Positions 1-9,497 of a stretch of DNA of 64,000 nt are shown piece after piece. The position numbers and the translations under genes were made by a program. The notes beneath the pieces are model-generated. The model ran no database searches. It was not told the DNA's origin and saw only the letters and a program-made list of their open reading frames with translations. Source of the DNA: an uncultured Nitrospinaceae bacterium (GTDB taxonomy: Bacteria; UBA8248); the NCBI GenBank assembly GCA_964005815.1, contig CAXFSR010000017.1, positions 173,401 to 237,400 on the forward strand. Direction: 5' to 3'. Position 1 is the first letter of the stretch, and every line of letters starts with the position of its first letter.

Positions 1-264
1 GGGGATACTTTGCTTGGATCTGTTTCACAGCGAACAGGACAGGAAATCTCATTTAAAGAAATATTTCGCACCTTCTCTTCTATATTTTTTCTTTTAGTGG
101 GATGCATGTCTACGCGCATATCTTGACCAGAAGGGAGCGTGACCTTAACCAAATCGAATGGAGTTCTCACACAGAAAATGACTTCATGGCTTGTAAAAAA
201 AGCCAACCTAGCACCAAAAACACAACCTATTGCACCAGCTCCAACTACTGCTATTTTAGACATT
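1..264 (-). CDS. ApbA/PanE-family (2-dehydropantoate 2-reductase-like) NAD(P)-binding protein, N-terminal fragment; gene continues past window start
   Basis: Reverse complement of 1-264 reads MSKIAVVGAGAIGCVFGARLAFFTSHEVIFCVRTPFDLVKV..., a GxGxxG Rossmann motif at the extreme N-terminus as in the ketopantoate reductase family. ATG at 262-264. Absent from the ORF track because truncated by the window edge. Confidence 0.5.
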
Positions 265-287
265 ATACCTCGTAAAACTGATATTGG

Positions 288-650
288 TTAAACACATCCA
301 GGTCCTCTCACTTCTTGATCTGATGCATTTTCTGGAACTAAACTCGCAAGAAACCTTTGAGGATCTTTTTCAAACTCTTCGCTCATAGATTGCAATTGGG
401 AAAGCAACAATTCTTTTTTCATCAAACCAATTTTATAAATTCCTATAGGATTTACAAGTTTCATGAAATAATGATTGGGAGCACCATATTCTACTGAACA
501 ATTCGAAGGTTTCTGAGCCACCAATAACTGATCCGAAAAAGTATTGACAAATGTAATAAAAATCGGTTCTTCTTTAAGATCATCAGGGATTTCGGGAAAT
601 CGAGATACAATTTCTTCAACCAACATGTTTATCTCCTTTCTTATACTCAA
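288..650 (-). CDS. hypothetical protein (120 aa)
   Basis: Clean ORF in series with the flanking minus-strand genes. No motif recognised. Confidence 0.4.
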   Translation of the reverse strand: MSIRKEINMLVEEIVSRFPEIPDDLKEEPIFITFVNTFSDQLLVAQKPSNCSVEYGAPNHYFMKLVNPIGIYKIGLMKKELLLSQLQSMSEEFEKDPQRFLASLVPENASDQEVRGPGCV

Positions 651-664
651 AAGATAAAATAATT

Positions 665-1042
665 TTAACTATTTTTTTCTTCATCAATTACCTCTTTTAA
701 TGCCTCGCATCCAGCAATAAGTACCATCATACCACAAGGAGCAAGAATAGATTCAAATGCTTCCAAACATTCCTGATATGTTGCTCCTAATTTAATCGCT
801 CTTTGCAAATGAAGTTTGATTTGACTGTGAGCAGAAGGATTACGAACTGCAATTGCTATAGATATAAATAGTTCACGGAGTTTCTCAGGCATCTCATTCT
901 CTTTGCCCATGATATAATCCTTGAGATTTTCATACCGCTCAATAAGTTCAGGATCCATATCGCAAAGAAGTTCAAATGAAGGAAACACAAATCCTCTTTT
1001 CGAGAGCATTTCTTCATATTTTTTTCTTCCAATTTTATCCAT
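665..1042 (-). CDS. carboxymuconolactone decarboxylase (CMD/AhpD-fold) family protein
   Basis: 125 aa. C-terminal HLQRAIKLGATYQECLEAFESILAPCG resembles the gamma-CMD family signature (H..A...GaT..Ei.E....a.y.G.P). Confidence 0.6.
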   Translation of the reverse strand: MDKIGRKKYEEMLSKRGFVFPSFELLCDMDPELIERYENLKDYIMGKENEMPEKLRELFISIAIAVRNPSAHSQIKLHLQRAIKLGATYQECLEAFESILAPCGMMVLIAGCEALKEVIDEEKNS

Positions 1043-1063
1043 GAAATCACTCTACCTCATTAT

Positions 1064-1810
1064 TTAATCTGTATAATAGCCACCATTAACATCAAATGCT
1101 TCTCCTGTAATATGTGCTGTTTCTTCACTTGCTAAAAAAAGAGTGGCAGAAACAATTTCCTTAGGCATTGCAAATCTTCCCATTGGATGTTTAGCCAAAG
1201 AAGCTTTCAAAGTATTTGCATCAAATTGGCTCATCATATGTCCATCTATAGGACCTGGAACTAAACAATTCACTGTAACTTTGGTTTTCGCAAATTCTCT
1301 AGCTAGATTAAATGTCATAGCTAAAATTCCACCCTTGCACGCACCATAAGTCAGGTTCGTGCCTATTCCTCCATGTTTTCCTGCACCTGAACCAAATAAA
1401 ATAATTCTACCTGAAGCAGACTCACATAAAAAAGGAAAAGACTCTTGTATGAAAAAATAGGGCGCAAGTAAATTAATATTTAAAGCATATTTCCAGTCAC
1501 TTTCACTGAGAGACAAAGGATCATTTACTTGCATATATGCTGCTGTGTGAATAAAGATATCACATCCTCCTAACCAATTCAGACTCTGTTGCGCAATATC
1601 CTTAATTTGTTCTGTTTGATTAAAATCAATAGAAACATATTTCGCAGTTCCTTTTATATCTTCCATAGCGTTGACTTTCTCGGGACTTCTTCCCACACCA
1701 AAAAGCTTCGCTCCAGACTTCAAAAAAGAATTCGCAAGAACACTTCCAACATCACCTGTCACTCCAGTGAGAAGAACTTTTTTCCCTTTAAAATCAAAAT
1801 CAAGTGACAA
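1064..1810 (-). CDS. short-chain dehydrogenase/reductase (SDR) family oxidoreductase
   Basis: N-terminal KVLLTGVTGDVGSVLANSF matches the TGxxxGxG NAD(P)-binding motif. 248 aa, typical SDR length. YxxxK region present. Confidence 0.75.
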   Translation of the reverse strand: MSLDFDFKGKKVLLTGVTGDVGSVLANSFLKSGAKLFGVGRSPEKVNAMEDIKGTAKYVSIDFNQTEQIKDIAQQSLNWLGGCDIFIHTAAYMQVNDPLSLSESDWKYALNINLLAPYFFIQESFPFLCESASGRIILFGSGAGKHGGIGTNLTYGACKGGILAMTFNLAREFAKTKVTVNCLVPGPIDGHMMSQFDANTLKASLAKHPMGRFAMPKEIVSATLFLASEETAHITGEAFDVNGGYYTD

Positions 1811-1923
1811 AGAACTTTCCCCTTATAAAAAAAACGTGTAAAAAGAATAAAGGATCGTCGCTATTGTTTTATAAAACAAAAACCGTTACTCAGTATACCT
1901 TAAAATTCACTTCAGGAGTTTTC

Positions 1924-3189
1924 ATGAATATAGTAGAAGATCTTGAAAAAAGAGGACTACTACACGATTACACAGACAATCCAGAAATGATCGATGCACT
2001 TTCCAAGAAATCTGTAAGTGTATACTGTGGTTTTGATCCTACAGCAACTAGCCTCCATATTGGAAGTCTCATGCCGATTATCTCCCTCGCAAGATTCCAG
2101 AAATATGGACATACTCCAATCTTACTTATTGGGGGCGGTACAGGAATGATCGGAGATCCTTCTGGCAAGTCTGAAGAGAGGAATCTTCTTGATGGAGAAA
2201 TTTTAGAAAAAAATATAGCGGGTATTACATCTCAGTTACAAAACTTAATTGATTTTGATTGTGGAACAAACTCCGCAAAGATTTTAAATAATAATAGTTG
2301 GCTTAGCAAAATGAACATGATTGAATTCTTAAGAGATATTGGAAAGAATTTTTCAATAGGATACATGATGTCAAAAGAATCTGTGAAGAACCGAATAAAC
2401 GAACGTGGTATTTCCTACACAGAATTTACATACATGATTCTTCAAGCCTACGATTTTCTTCACTTATTCGATACCGAAAAATGTCAATTGCAAATAGGTG
2501 GATCAGACCAATGGGGAAACATAACTGCGGGAATTGAATTGATTCGTAGAATGAGAGCACAAAACTTATGGGGCATTACATTTCCTTTAATCACAACTTC
2601 AAGCGGAAGAAAGTTTGGAAAAACTGAAAAAGGAAATATTTGGCTAGACCCTAAACTAACCAGTCCATATCGTTTTTATCAATACTGGATACAAACAAAC
2701 GACGACGATGTTATTAAATTCCTATCTTTCTTTACTTTCCTCACAGAAAAGGAAATTAAAGAAATTGGAACCTCACAAAAAGAAAACCCGGAAAAAAGAG
2801 AAGCACAACTTGAACTTGCAAGGCTAGTCACTTCTTTTGTACATGGAAACTCTGCAACAGAAAGCGCATTGAGAGTTTCCGATTTACTTTTCACAGGTAA
2901 TATAGATGGGATAAGTGAGGAAGATTTAGTTTCTGTCACTAATGAAATGCCTCATACTGTGTACGAAAACGATTGTCCAATTTTGCTAATAGATATCTTA
3001 ACCGAAACAGGTATGTCTAAATCGAAGAGTATGTCTCGAAAGGATATTGCAGGAGGAGGAATTTATCTCAACAACGAAAGAATCACAGAAGAAAAAACAG
3101 AAATTTTGGACAAACAACTTCTTTTTGGAAAATACTTCCTGCTTAGAAAAGGAAAGAAAAATTATCACTTAGTTGAAATAAAAAATTAG
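1924..3189 (+). CDS. tyrS: tyrosine--tRNA ligase
   Basis: Class I aaRS motifs HIGS(L) and KFGKT (KMSKS-type) present, with a C-terminal S4-like region. The ORF-track frame opens at 1804, but the first Met with an upstream AGGAG is at 1924 (MNIVEDLEKRGLL...). Confidence 0.9.
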   Translation: MNIVEDLEKRGLLHDYTDNPEMIDALSKKSVSVYCGFDPTATSLHIGSLMPIISLARFQKYGHTPILLIGGGTGMIGDPSGKSEERNLLDGEILEKNIAGITSQLQNLIDFDCGTNSAKILNNNSWLSKMNMIEFLRDIGKNFSIGYMMSKESVKNRINERGISYTEFTYMILQAYDFLHLFDTEKCQLQIGGSDQWGNITAGIELIRRMRAQNLWGITFPLITTSSGRKFGKTEKGNIWLDPKLTSPYRFYQYWIQTNDDDVIKFLSFFTFLTEKEIKEIGTSQKENPEKREAQLELARLVTSFVHGNSATESALRVSDLLFTGNIDGISEEDLVSVTNEMPHTVYENDCPILLIDILTETGMSKSKSMSRKDIAGGGIYLNNERITEEKTEILDKQLLFGKYFLLRKGKKNYHLVEIKN

Positions 3190-3201
3190 TGTTTTGAAAA
3201 A

Positions 3202-4566
3202 TTACTTAGATAGTTCTTCTAAAATTGCAATCTTCATATCTTCTTCATCACCATCGAAATTTTCAAATATATAATTGGAGACCATAATCTTTACTTTCTG
3301 AATATGCTGTTGAAAATCCTCCAAATACCTCGACACCCCAAACCGAAGATTTTTCTCTTGGTCTTGAACGAAAATGTCCAAGCGTATATCTCTTTGTATC
3401 AATAAATTCATTGCACACAGGAGTTCTTTTTTTTCATTAAGATCAAAAATAATTTTCCTTTCAATTTCACCTCCAAAAACTAGTCGAAGAATAAATTTCG
3501 AATCTGATAAAAAATCAGGAGCCAGAAACCGAACATTTGTGAATTCAACTCTTGAATTTGCGTGTATTCCCACAATAAGATACGTATCCATTCCAACAAA
3601 GAATCTGAATAATTCACTTACTTCATTTTGTTTGATTTCATTTTCAAAGAGTTCTGTAATCCAATCGGGCAATCTTTCTCGACCGGGATAGGCAATTGGA
3701 GTTTCGCCTTCATCAAGTAATCTAAGACGGCTTGCCCAAGTTAGGATTGAATCAAAAATCGGAGGGGAAAACGTAACTAGTGCTTTTTCCCATGGCAAAA
3801 TTCCGTCAAGGAATCCTTTCATACTTCTGGTAATCTCATGACAGAAATTTAACACATGAGTAGTTTTTGTTTTATCTTTAATAGAATACAAGTTACTTTT
3901 TACGTATTCTAGAATTTTTACTCTGCTAACTAATTCATTAAAATCAACGTGGTCACATATATCTGTATATCCAGAATAATCATGCTGAATATACTCTGGA
4001 AAAAAAATGGTGATTTGTTCATAAAAATCACTTGATAGAGTTTCTAGACCACGATTGATACTCTGAAGGCGTTTTGAAAAATTTTTCGCTTTTTCAATCG
4101 TAAAACGAACGGCATCTGCGTCTTCTATTTTCCAAAATTCTCTCAATTCATCTTTCATTTGCTCTTCATTTAGATTTTCCTTTGCTAGTCTAACAGTCAA
4201 AAGACTAAAGAAAGCATCCCTAGCTAATGCAAGTGATGACAACTTGCCAGGAGTGGAACTCAAAGAAGTAAGTAAAAGATAAAGTGTCCCAGGTTGAATC
4301 TCAGGACCATTTTTATAAAAAAGGTCTTTTAGATTATTTAAGTCTTTAAAAACTACATCAAAAGTTAATCCACTTAAAAGTCTTAGGCTTGCGAATGAGA
4401 GGGGGAGAACTTCTTCATATATTGCAATTTCTCCTGTATCTTTAAAGAAAGAAACGTGAATCATTTCTCTTATTTCTGATTCAACCGGACCAAAACTTTT
4501 TTCTAAATAAAAAATTGACCTTTTACTGATCCAATTCAACAAATCGTCGTTCTTAATTATTTGCAT
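3202..4566 (-). CDS. hypothetical protein (454 aa), no recognisable domain
   Basis: Long uninterrupted ORF, 19 nt downstream of the small membrane ORF, in series with coaD-aspC on the minus strand. No TM segments and no catalytic motif found by eye. Confidence 0.6.
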   Translation of the reverse strand: MQIIKNDDLLNWISKRSIFYLEKSFGPVESEIREMIHVSFFKDTGEIAIYEEVLPLSFASLRLLSGLTFDVVFKDLNNLKDLFYKNGPEIQPGTLYLLLTSLSSTPGKLSSLALARDAFFSLLTVRLAKENLNEEQMKDELREFWKIEDADAVRFTIEKAKNFSKRLQSINRGLETLSSDFYEQITIFFPEYIQHDYSGYTDICDHVDFNELVSRVKILEYVKSNLYSIKDKTKTTHVLNFCHEITRSMKGFLDGILPWEKALVTFSPPIFDSILTWASRLRLLDEGETPIAYPGRERLPDWITELFENEIKQNEVSELFRFFVGMDTYLIVGIHANSRVEFTNVRFLAPDFLSDSKFILRLVFGGEIERKIIFDLNEKKELLCAMNLLIQRDIRLDIFVQDQEKNLRFGVSRYLEDFQQHIQKVKIMVSNYIFENFDGDEEDMKIAILEELSK

Positions 4567-4584
4567 AGGAGTGACCCTATTTCT

Positions 4585-4788
4585 TCACTTTTTTTGATTA
4601 GTAGAGATTGCAGAAGATTCAGGCAAAAAACGATTCTGTATAATTCTTCCAGAATAGAAAAGAAGTATCGCTGTAGCCAGAAAAATTAACTGAATTCCAT
4701 AAGATGCGGGATTATACATCCCCCATATAAGAGCTACACAGCAGTCAATCATAGCAATAAATTGGAGAATTCGTGAGAAAATATACAT
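4585..4788 (-). CDS. small hydrophobic membrane protein (67 aa)
   Basis: Two predicted TM stretches (IAMIDCCVALIWGM, IQLIFLATAILLFY). Its ATG overlaps the aspC-like stop as TAATG at 4786-4790, suggesting translational coupling. Confidence 0.35.
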   Translation of the reverse strand: MYIFSRILQFIAMIDCCVALIWGMYNPASYGIQLIFLATAILLFYSGRIIQNRFLPESSAISTNQKK

Positions 4789-5999
4789 TATTTAAGCATA
4801 CTAACAGCAGTTCTAATCCTATCAATTCCCTCTAAGATATTCTCTGTTGAGGTGGCATATGAGAAACGTATAAAATTGTCATCTCCAAACCCAGCACCAG
4901 GAACGGCAGCACATCTGGCATGTTCTAAGAAGAAAAGACCAACATCTACAGAATTTTGAAGAATTCCCTCCGGCCCTTCCAACCCAAAAAGACCGTTAAT
5001 TCTTGGAAAAACATAAAATGCGCCCTTGGGCATGACAACATCAATCCCATCTATACTACGAAGTCCTTCAACAATTTTCTTTCTTCTTTCATCATACTTA
5101 CTTATCCAGTCATTAAGAAAGTCATGAGACCCTTGTAGTGCAGCAATTCCACCATACTGAGCAAACGTAGTGACATTACTTGTACTTTGTCCTTGCAAAG
5201 TATCCATAGCTTTAATTATTTCAGGTGGACCCAGAGTATATCCCATTCTCCAACCAGTCATCGCGTAAGTTTTTGAGAATCCATCCAAAATTAATGATTT
5301 ATTCTTCATCTCTTCAGAGATACTGGCGATAGAAACATGTTCCTCTCCATCATATAAAATCTTCCCGTAAATCTCATCAGAAAGAATCATTGCATTAGAG
5401 TCTAAGATAACTCTAGAAAGTTCTTCTAACTCAGTTTTTGTATAAACACACCCTGTAGGATTACAGGGACTATTGATAACAACTAATTTTGTCTTTGGAG
5501 TAATAGCCTTTTTAAAATCTTCTGCTGTTGCTTTAAAAGCATTCTCTTCTTTCGCTTCCACTAGGACAACTTTTGCTCCAGTAAGATTCGCAACTGGTTC
5601 ATAAGCAACCCAAATAGGTGATGGAATAACAACCTCATCGCCTTCCTCAAGAAGACAATGAAGTGCATTAAAAACAGATTGTTTCCCTCCAACTGTTACA
5701 ACTACCTCTTTCTCAGAATCATAAGAAATGCCCTTATTATCAAGAACCCAATTACATATCTCCTCTCTCAGTGAGGGAATACCCTTTACAGCAGTATATT
5801 TAGTCTGCCCATCAAAAAGAGCTTTAGATGCAGCTTCTTTGATATGAACTGGAGTATCGAAATCCGGCTCTCCAGCTGCAAATGAAATAACGTCTACACC
5901 TTTTGCTCTCAATTCTCCAGCCTTCGTATTCATTGCAAGCGTTGGAATCGGAGGTAATTTTTCCATCCTTGATGATAATTTCATTTCAAAAAACTCCAA
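4788..5999 (-). CDS. class I/II pyridoxal-phosphate aminotransferase (aspartate aminotransferase-like)
   Basis: 403 aa with typical AAT-fold motifs (NSPCNPTG, SDEIYGKILYDG, SKTYAMTGWRMGY with the PLP lysine). The start could also be the internal Met (MKLSS). Confidence 0.85.
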   Translation of the reverse strand: MEFFEMKLSSRMEKLPPIPTLAMNTKAGELRAKGVDVISFAAGEPDFDTPVHIKEAASKALFDGQTKYTAVKGIPSLREEICNWVLDNKGISYDSEKEVVVTVGGKQSVFNALHCLLEEGDEVVIPSPIWVAYEPVANLTGAKVVLVEAKEENAFKATAEDFKKAITPKTKLVVINSPCNPTGCVYTKTELEELSRVILDSNAMILSDEIYGKILYDGEEHVSIASISEEMKNKSLILDGFSKTYAMTGWRMGYTLGPPEIIKAMDTLQGQSTSNVTTFAQYGGIAALQGSHDFLNDWISKYDERRKKIVEGLRSIDGIDVVMPKGAFYVFPRINGLFGLEGPEGILQNSVDVGLFFLEHARCAAVPGAGFGDDNFIRFSYATSTENILEGIDRIRTAVSMLK

Positions 6000-6003
6000 A
6001 TTT

Positions 6004-6489
6004 TTATATATTGAATTGATCTTTCAAAGAACTGAAAACTGAAGAAGGAACCATAGAACTCACATCTCCTCCCAAAGATGCAACTTCCTTCACTATACTC
6101 GAACTAAGAAAACTATATTGTTGACTTGGCATTAAAAAAATCGTCTCAACACTCTCATCTAAATTCCGATTCATTAATGTCATTTGCAGTTCATAATCAA
6201 AATCACTTACAGCCCTTAACCCTCTGATAATTACTTGGGCACCTACCTTTTTTGAAAAACCAACAAGAAGTTCTTTATCAAAACTAACAAAACTCAATCT
6301 TTCTTCATTTTCGAATTCATCCATAAAAAACTGTTTTCTTTGATCAAAGCTAAACATAGGAGTTTTAGCTGGATTGACAGAAATTGCTACTATCACTTTC
6401 TCAAACATGCGGAGACTTCTCCTAACTAAATCTATATGACCGTTAGTAGGAGGGTCAAAAGTCCCAGGATATATTGCGACATTATCCAT
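6004..6489 (-). CDS. coaD: phosphopantetheine adenylyltransferase
   Basis: N-terminus VAIYPGTFDPPTNGHIDLVRRS carries the nucleotidyltransferase T/HxGH motif. 161 aa. Confidence 0.9.
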   Translation of the reverse strand: MDNVAIYPGTFDPPTNGHIDLVRRSLRMFEKVIVAISVNPAKTPMFSFDQRKQFFMDEFENEERLSFVSFDKELLVGFSKKVGAQVIIRGLRAVSDFDYELQMTLMNRNLDESVETIFLMPSQQYSFLSSSIVKEVASLGGDVSSMVPSSVFSSLKDQFNI

Positions 6490-6599
6490 TGTGAAAGAAA
6501 CCTCTAGTAAAAAAATAAGTTTTTGAGTGCGTTAGACCTTCAAAAATCCATACAAACATATCATCCATTCTTAAAAGATAAAAGGTTTCTAGTAAACTT

Positions 6600-7148
6600 C
6601 TATCTTAAAACTTCCCTTACCATATGACTAATTTCAGGAATTATGATTTTATCTAATGCAGTTCTACAAGCATTACCTGAACCAGGCAAAGTCATTATTA
6701 TTGTGTCATTATAGACTCCAGCAGTTGCGCGTGTGAGGATCGCAGGAGTCCCAATTTCCTGAAAACTAATATTACGAAATAATTCTCCAAATCCCGGCAT
6801 TTCTTTATCTAAAATCGAAACTACAACATCATAGGTAGTATCTCTTTTTGTAATACCAGTCCCACCATTTGTGAGTATTACTTGCACAGAAGCATTTTTC
6901 GAAAATTCCTCAATCGAAGACCGGATTTGATCTGGTTCATCTTTTACTATCTTATAAAAATCTGCTTTATGACCATTTTCGACTAATGAATTAATTATTA
7001 ATCTTCCGCTAGTATCATTTTCTTCATTTCTAGTATCACTGACAGTAATGATTGCGCAATTGACTCCCTGTGGACCTTCTGCTTTATGTTCATTGTACGT
7101 TTTTTTATTTACGGCATTTTCTATCTCAGAACGAGATGGATTTTTCAT
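6600..7148 (-). CDS. moaB: molybdenum cofactor biosynthesis protein MoaB/MogA family
   Basis: Contains the GGTG motif (ILTNGGTGITKRDTTYD) and overall MogA/MoaB fold signature. 182 aa. Confidence 0.8.
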   Translation of the reverse strand: MKNPSRSEIENAVNKKTYNEHKAEGPQGVNCAIITVSDTRNEENDTSGRLIINSLVENGHKADFYKIVKDEPDQIRSSIEEFSKNASVQVILTNGGTGITKRDTTYDVVVSILDKEMPGFGELFRNISFQEIGTPAILTRATAGVYNDTIIMTLPGSGNACRTALDKIIIPEISHMVREVLR

Positions 7149-7309
7149 AAAGGGATTCCTTATATTAAGAATTCTGTTTTTTTCATCAAAAACTAAACAA
7201 TGATTAAGATAAATTAACTTTTAATGACAAGCAAATACATTTACTGAGGATTTAGTGGTAAAATAGAGAAAATTTAGTTTAAATTTCTACATTTTGGGAG
7301 ATAAAGTCT

Positions 7310-8113
7310 TTGGATACATCTGAGTTAAAAGGTCACTGGGCACTTATACTTGGTGCGAGCAGTGGATTTGGAGAAGCAGTTTCTTTGAGACTAGCAAAAG
7401 AAGGAATGAATATTTTTGGAGTTCATCTGGATAGGAAAGCTACCCTTCCTAACGTTGAAAGAATAAGAACAGAAATTGAAAAATCTGGTTCAGAAACAGT
7501 TTTTTTTAATATCAATGCAGCAGGTCATGAAGAACGTGCAAATGTAGTTGAAGAAATAGATGAAAAGTTAAGTAACTCTGCGATCAAGATTCGAATTATG
7601 CTTCACAGTCTCGCCTTTGGAACACTCAAACCTTTTATTGCTGATGATCAAAAAGATTCTATTAACCCTAAGCAAATGGACATGACTCTCGACGTCATGG
7701 CTCATAGTCTCGTTTATTGGACTCAAGACTTAGTATCAAAAAATCTTTTTTCTGAAAACGGAAGAATCTTTGCAATGACCAGTGCAGGAGGTCATAGAAT
7801 TTGGCCCACATACGGCGCTGTATCTGCTGCAAAAGCTGCATTAGAAAGTCATATCAGACAATTGTCAGTAGAACTTGCAAAGAAAAAGATTACTGCAAAT
7901 AGTATCCAAGCTGGAGTAACCGATACTCCTGCATTGAGAAAAATTCCAGGAAATTCAGAAATGATAGACAATACAAAAAGGGTAAATCCCTACGGAGAAC
8001 TGACAACACCAGAAAAAGTTGCGAATGCGATAGCAACGTTTTGTCTTTCAAGTACTGAGTGGATGACAGGAAATGTAATAAGAATAGACGGCGGAGAAGA
8101 TATTGCCGGATAA
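7310..8113 (+). CDS. SDR-family oxidoreductase (enoyl-ACP reductase-like)
   Basis: Glycine-rich NAD-binding motif LILGASSGFGEAV, Y/K catalytic region (YGAVSAAKAA), 267 aa. Confidence 0.7.
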   Translation: MDTSELKGHWALILGASSGFGEAVSLRLAKEGMNIFGVHLDRKATLPNVERIRTEIEKSGSETVFFNINAAGHEERANVVEEIDEKLSNSAIKIRIMLHSLAFGTLKPFIADDQKDSINPKQMDMTLDVMAHSLVYWTQDLVSKNLFSENGRIFAMTSAGGHRIWPTYGAVSAAKAALESHIRQLSVELAKKKITANSIQAGVTDTPALRKIPGNSEMIDNTKRVNPYGELTTPEKVANAIATFCLSSTEWMTGNVIRIDGGEDIAG

Positions 8114-8122
8114 CAACAGACA

Positions 8123-8173
8123 GACTAATCTATGGCCATAAAATCTAAAAGTATGGCCATAAATTAGTCTTTT
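8123..8173. terminator. long hairpin between convergent genes (candidate bidirectional terminator)
   Basis: 18-bp stem with one mismatch (GACTAATCTATGGCCATA / TATGGCCATAAATTAGTC), 11-nt loop, followed by TTTT. Each arm carries the palindrome ATGGCCAT. Confidence 0.45.
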
Positions 8174-8190
8174 AAAAAAAGATTTTTCAA

Positions 8191-9375
8191 CTACTTTTTC
8201 TTTTTCTTATTCTTCATAATTTTTCTTGTTTTGTCTCCTTCAGAAGTTTTTCCTTTGGGAGGTTTATTTTCACCTGGGAAATTTAGTTTGTTTCTACTTG
8301 CATTTATTCCAGCGAGTTTCGCTAGCGTTCCCCCTAAGAAATTCTTTTTCAAGTCTTTAGGAAGTGCTGGATATCCCCATTTTTCCTGTAATTCCTCAGG
8401 AATATCTAGTTTAAGGATTGCTTCTACAGATTGATAAGGATCCGATGCAGGCCAATCTGAACCCCAAACAAACCTATTTTCACCGGCAATTTGTAAAGTC
8501 GTTCCGACCATGTGGGCAAAACGATGAGGAGCGCGCATCAACCAAGTCAATAAAATAGAATAACTAACATAGATATGAGGATGTTTCCACATCAGAGTAA
8601 CTAATTCCTCCCAATAGGGAAAACCCCCATGATATGCAACTATCTTAAGATCAGGAAAATCTGAAGCAACTTCATCTAATAAAACTGGAAGAGTATAGCG
8701 AGTAGGTCCCATCCTTATAGTTATTCCAGTGTGAAAAAATGCAACAATGCCCCTATCCTGACACATTTCATACACAGGCCATAACCTTCTGTCATTTATA
8801 GGACAATCTTCCGGTTGATAAAATTTAGTAAACTTAAAATTATAGTTATCATGCAAATATTCCAATTCCCAAAGAATATCTTTCAATTTTCTTTTTGAAA
8901 ATGGACCTACATTTGACACTCCAATTACTCGATCTGGGTATTTCTCTATTGCATCTATTACATGTTGATTTGTGGAAAAAGGAGCACTATCTCCCGCAGT
9001 ATCTATAAATGACTCTCTCATCAAAGCAATTTGATCGACACCTGAACGATCCATATCGGCGATGATCTTATCAATATGCCAGTCCATTCCTGGATGAATA
9101 GCTGCTTGTTTTCCTGTTCTATGATCTTTCCAAAACCAGTGGTTGCACATCTCATGAGCAAATTCAAATGTTTTGGTACCTTCAAAATACTGTATAAAAC
9201 GGCGATAGTCCTCAGGCATAACGTGTGTTTCACAATCTAGAATATAAAAATCATTAGCCGTCTCTCCCGTTTCTGGATTAGAAGGGAGAGGCATAATTGT
9301 ATCCCAAGTTGCTGGTTTATTTGATTTTTTAGATACATTTTCGTTACTGGAATTGGCCTTAGCACGTTTAACCAT
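8191..9375 (-). CDS. amidohydrolase-2 (TIM-barrel metal-dependent hydrolase) family protein with lysine-rich termini
   Basis: 394 aa. Amidohydrolase_2-like core (…IVAFFHTGI…, …HGGFPYWEEL…). N-terminal about 35 residues and the C-terminal tail (IMKNKKKKK) are low-complexity and Lys-rich. Confidence 0.7.
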   Translation of the reverse strand: MVKRAKANSSNENVSKKSNKPATWDTIMPLPSNPETGETANDFYILDCETHVMPEDYRRFIQYFEGTKTFEFAHEMCNHWFWKDHRTGKQAAIHPGMDWHIDKIIADMDRSGVDQIALMRESFIDTAGDSAPFSTNQHVIDAIEKYPDRVIGVSNVGPFSKRKLKDILWELEYLHDNYNFKFTKFYQPEDCPINDRRLWPVYEMCQDRGIVAFFHTGITIRMGPTRYTLPVLLDEVASDFPDLKIVAYHGGFPYWEELVTLMWKHPHIYVSYSILLTWLMRAPHRFAHMVGTTLQIAGENRFVWGSDWPASDPYQSVEAILKLDIPEELQEKWGYPALPKDLKKNFLGGTLAKLAGINASRNKLNFPGENKPPKGKTSEGDKTRKIMKNKKKKK

Positions 9376-9497
9376 TTGTGCCCTCCATCAGTATAGTTAG
9401 AAATGAAAATATGAAAAATATATACAAAGTATGTTAGGATGGTTACCCATCGCTGTAAAGTGTTAATTCACCTACTAAAGAGCTAAAAGGTTTTCAA

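Noticed and set aside
1143-1349. Antisense or overlapping small ORFs from the six-frame track (e.g. 1143-1349, 1589-1807, 856-1050, 3374-3691, 9021-9233, 24505-24732, 36535-36825, 55548-55808, 58944-59291)
   Set aside because: Each lies entirely within, and antisense or out of frame to, a well-supported longer CDS with clear homology. They have no RBS or conservation signal and are typical shadow ORFs.
1804-1923. Possible T-box or leader upstream of tyrS (frame open from 1804)
   Set aside because: The 120-nt segment is too short for a T-box, and no specifier-loop/antiterminator pattern is visible. The open frame is simply an in-frame extension before the real Met at 1924.
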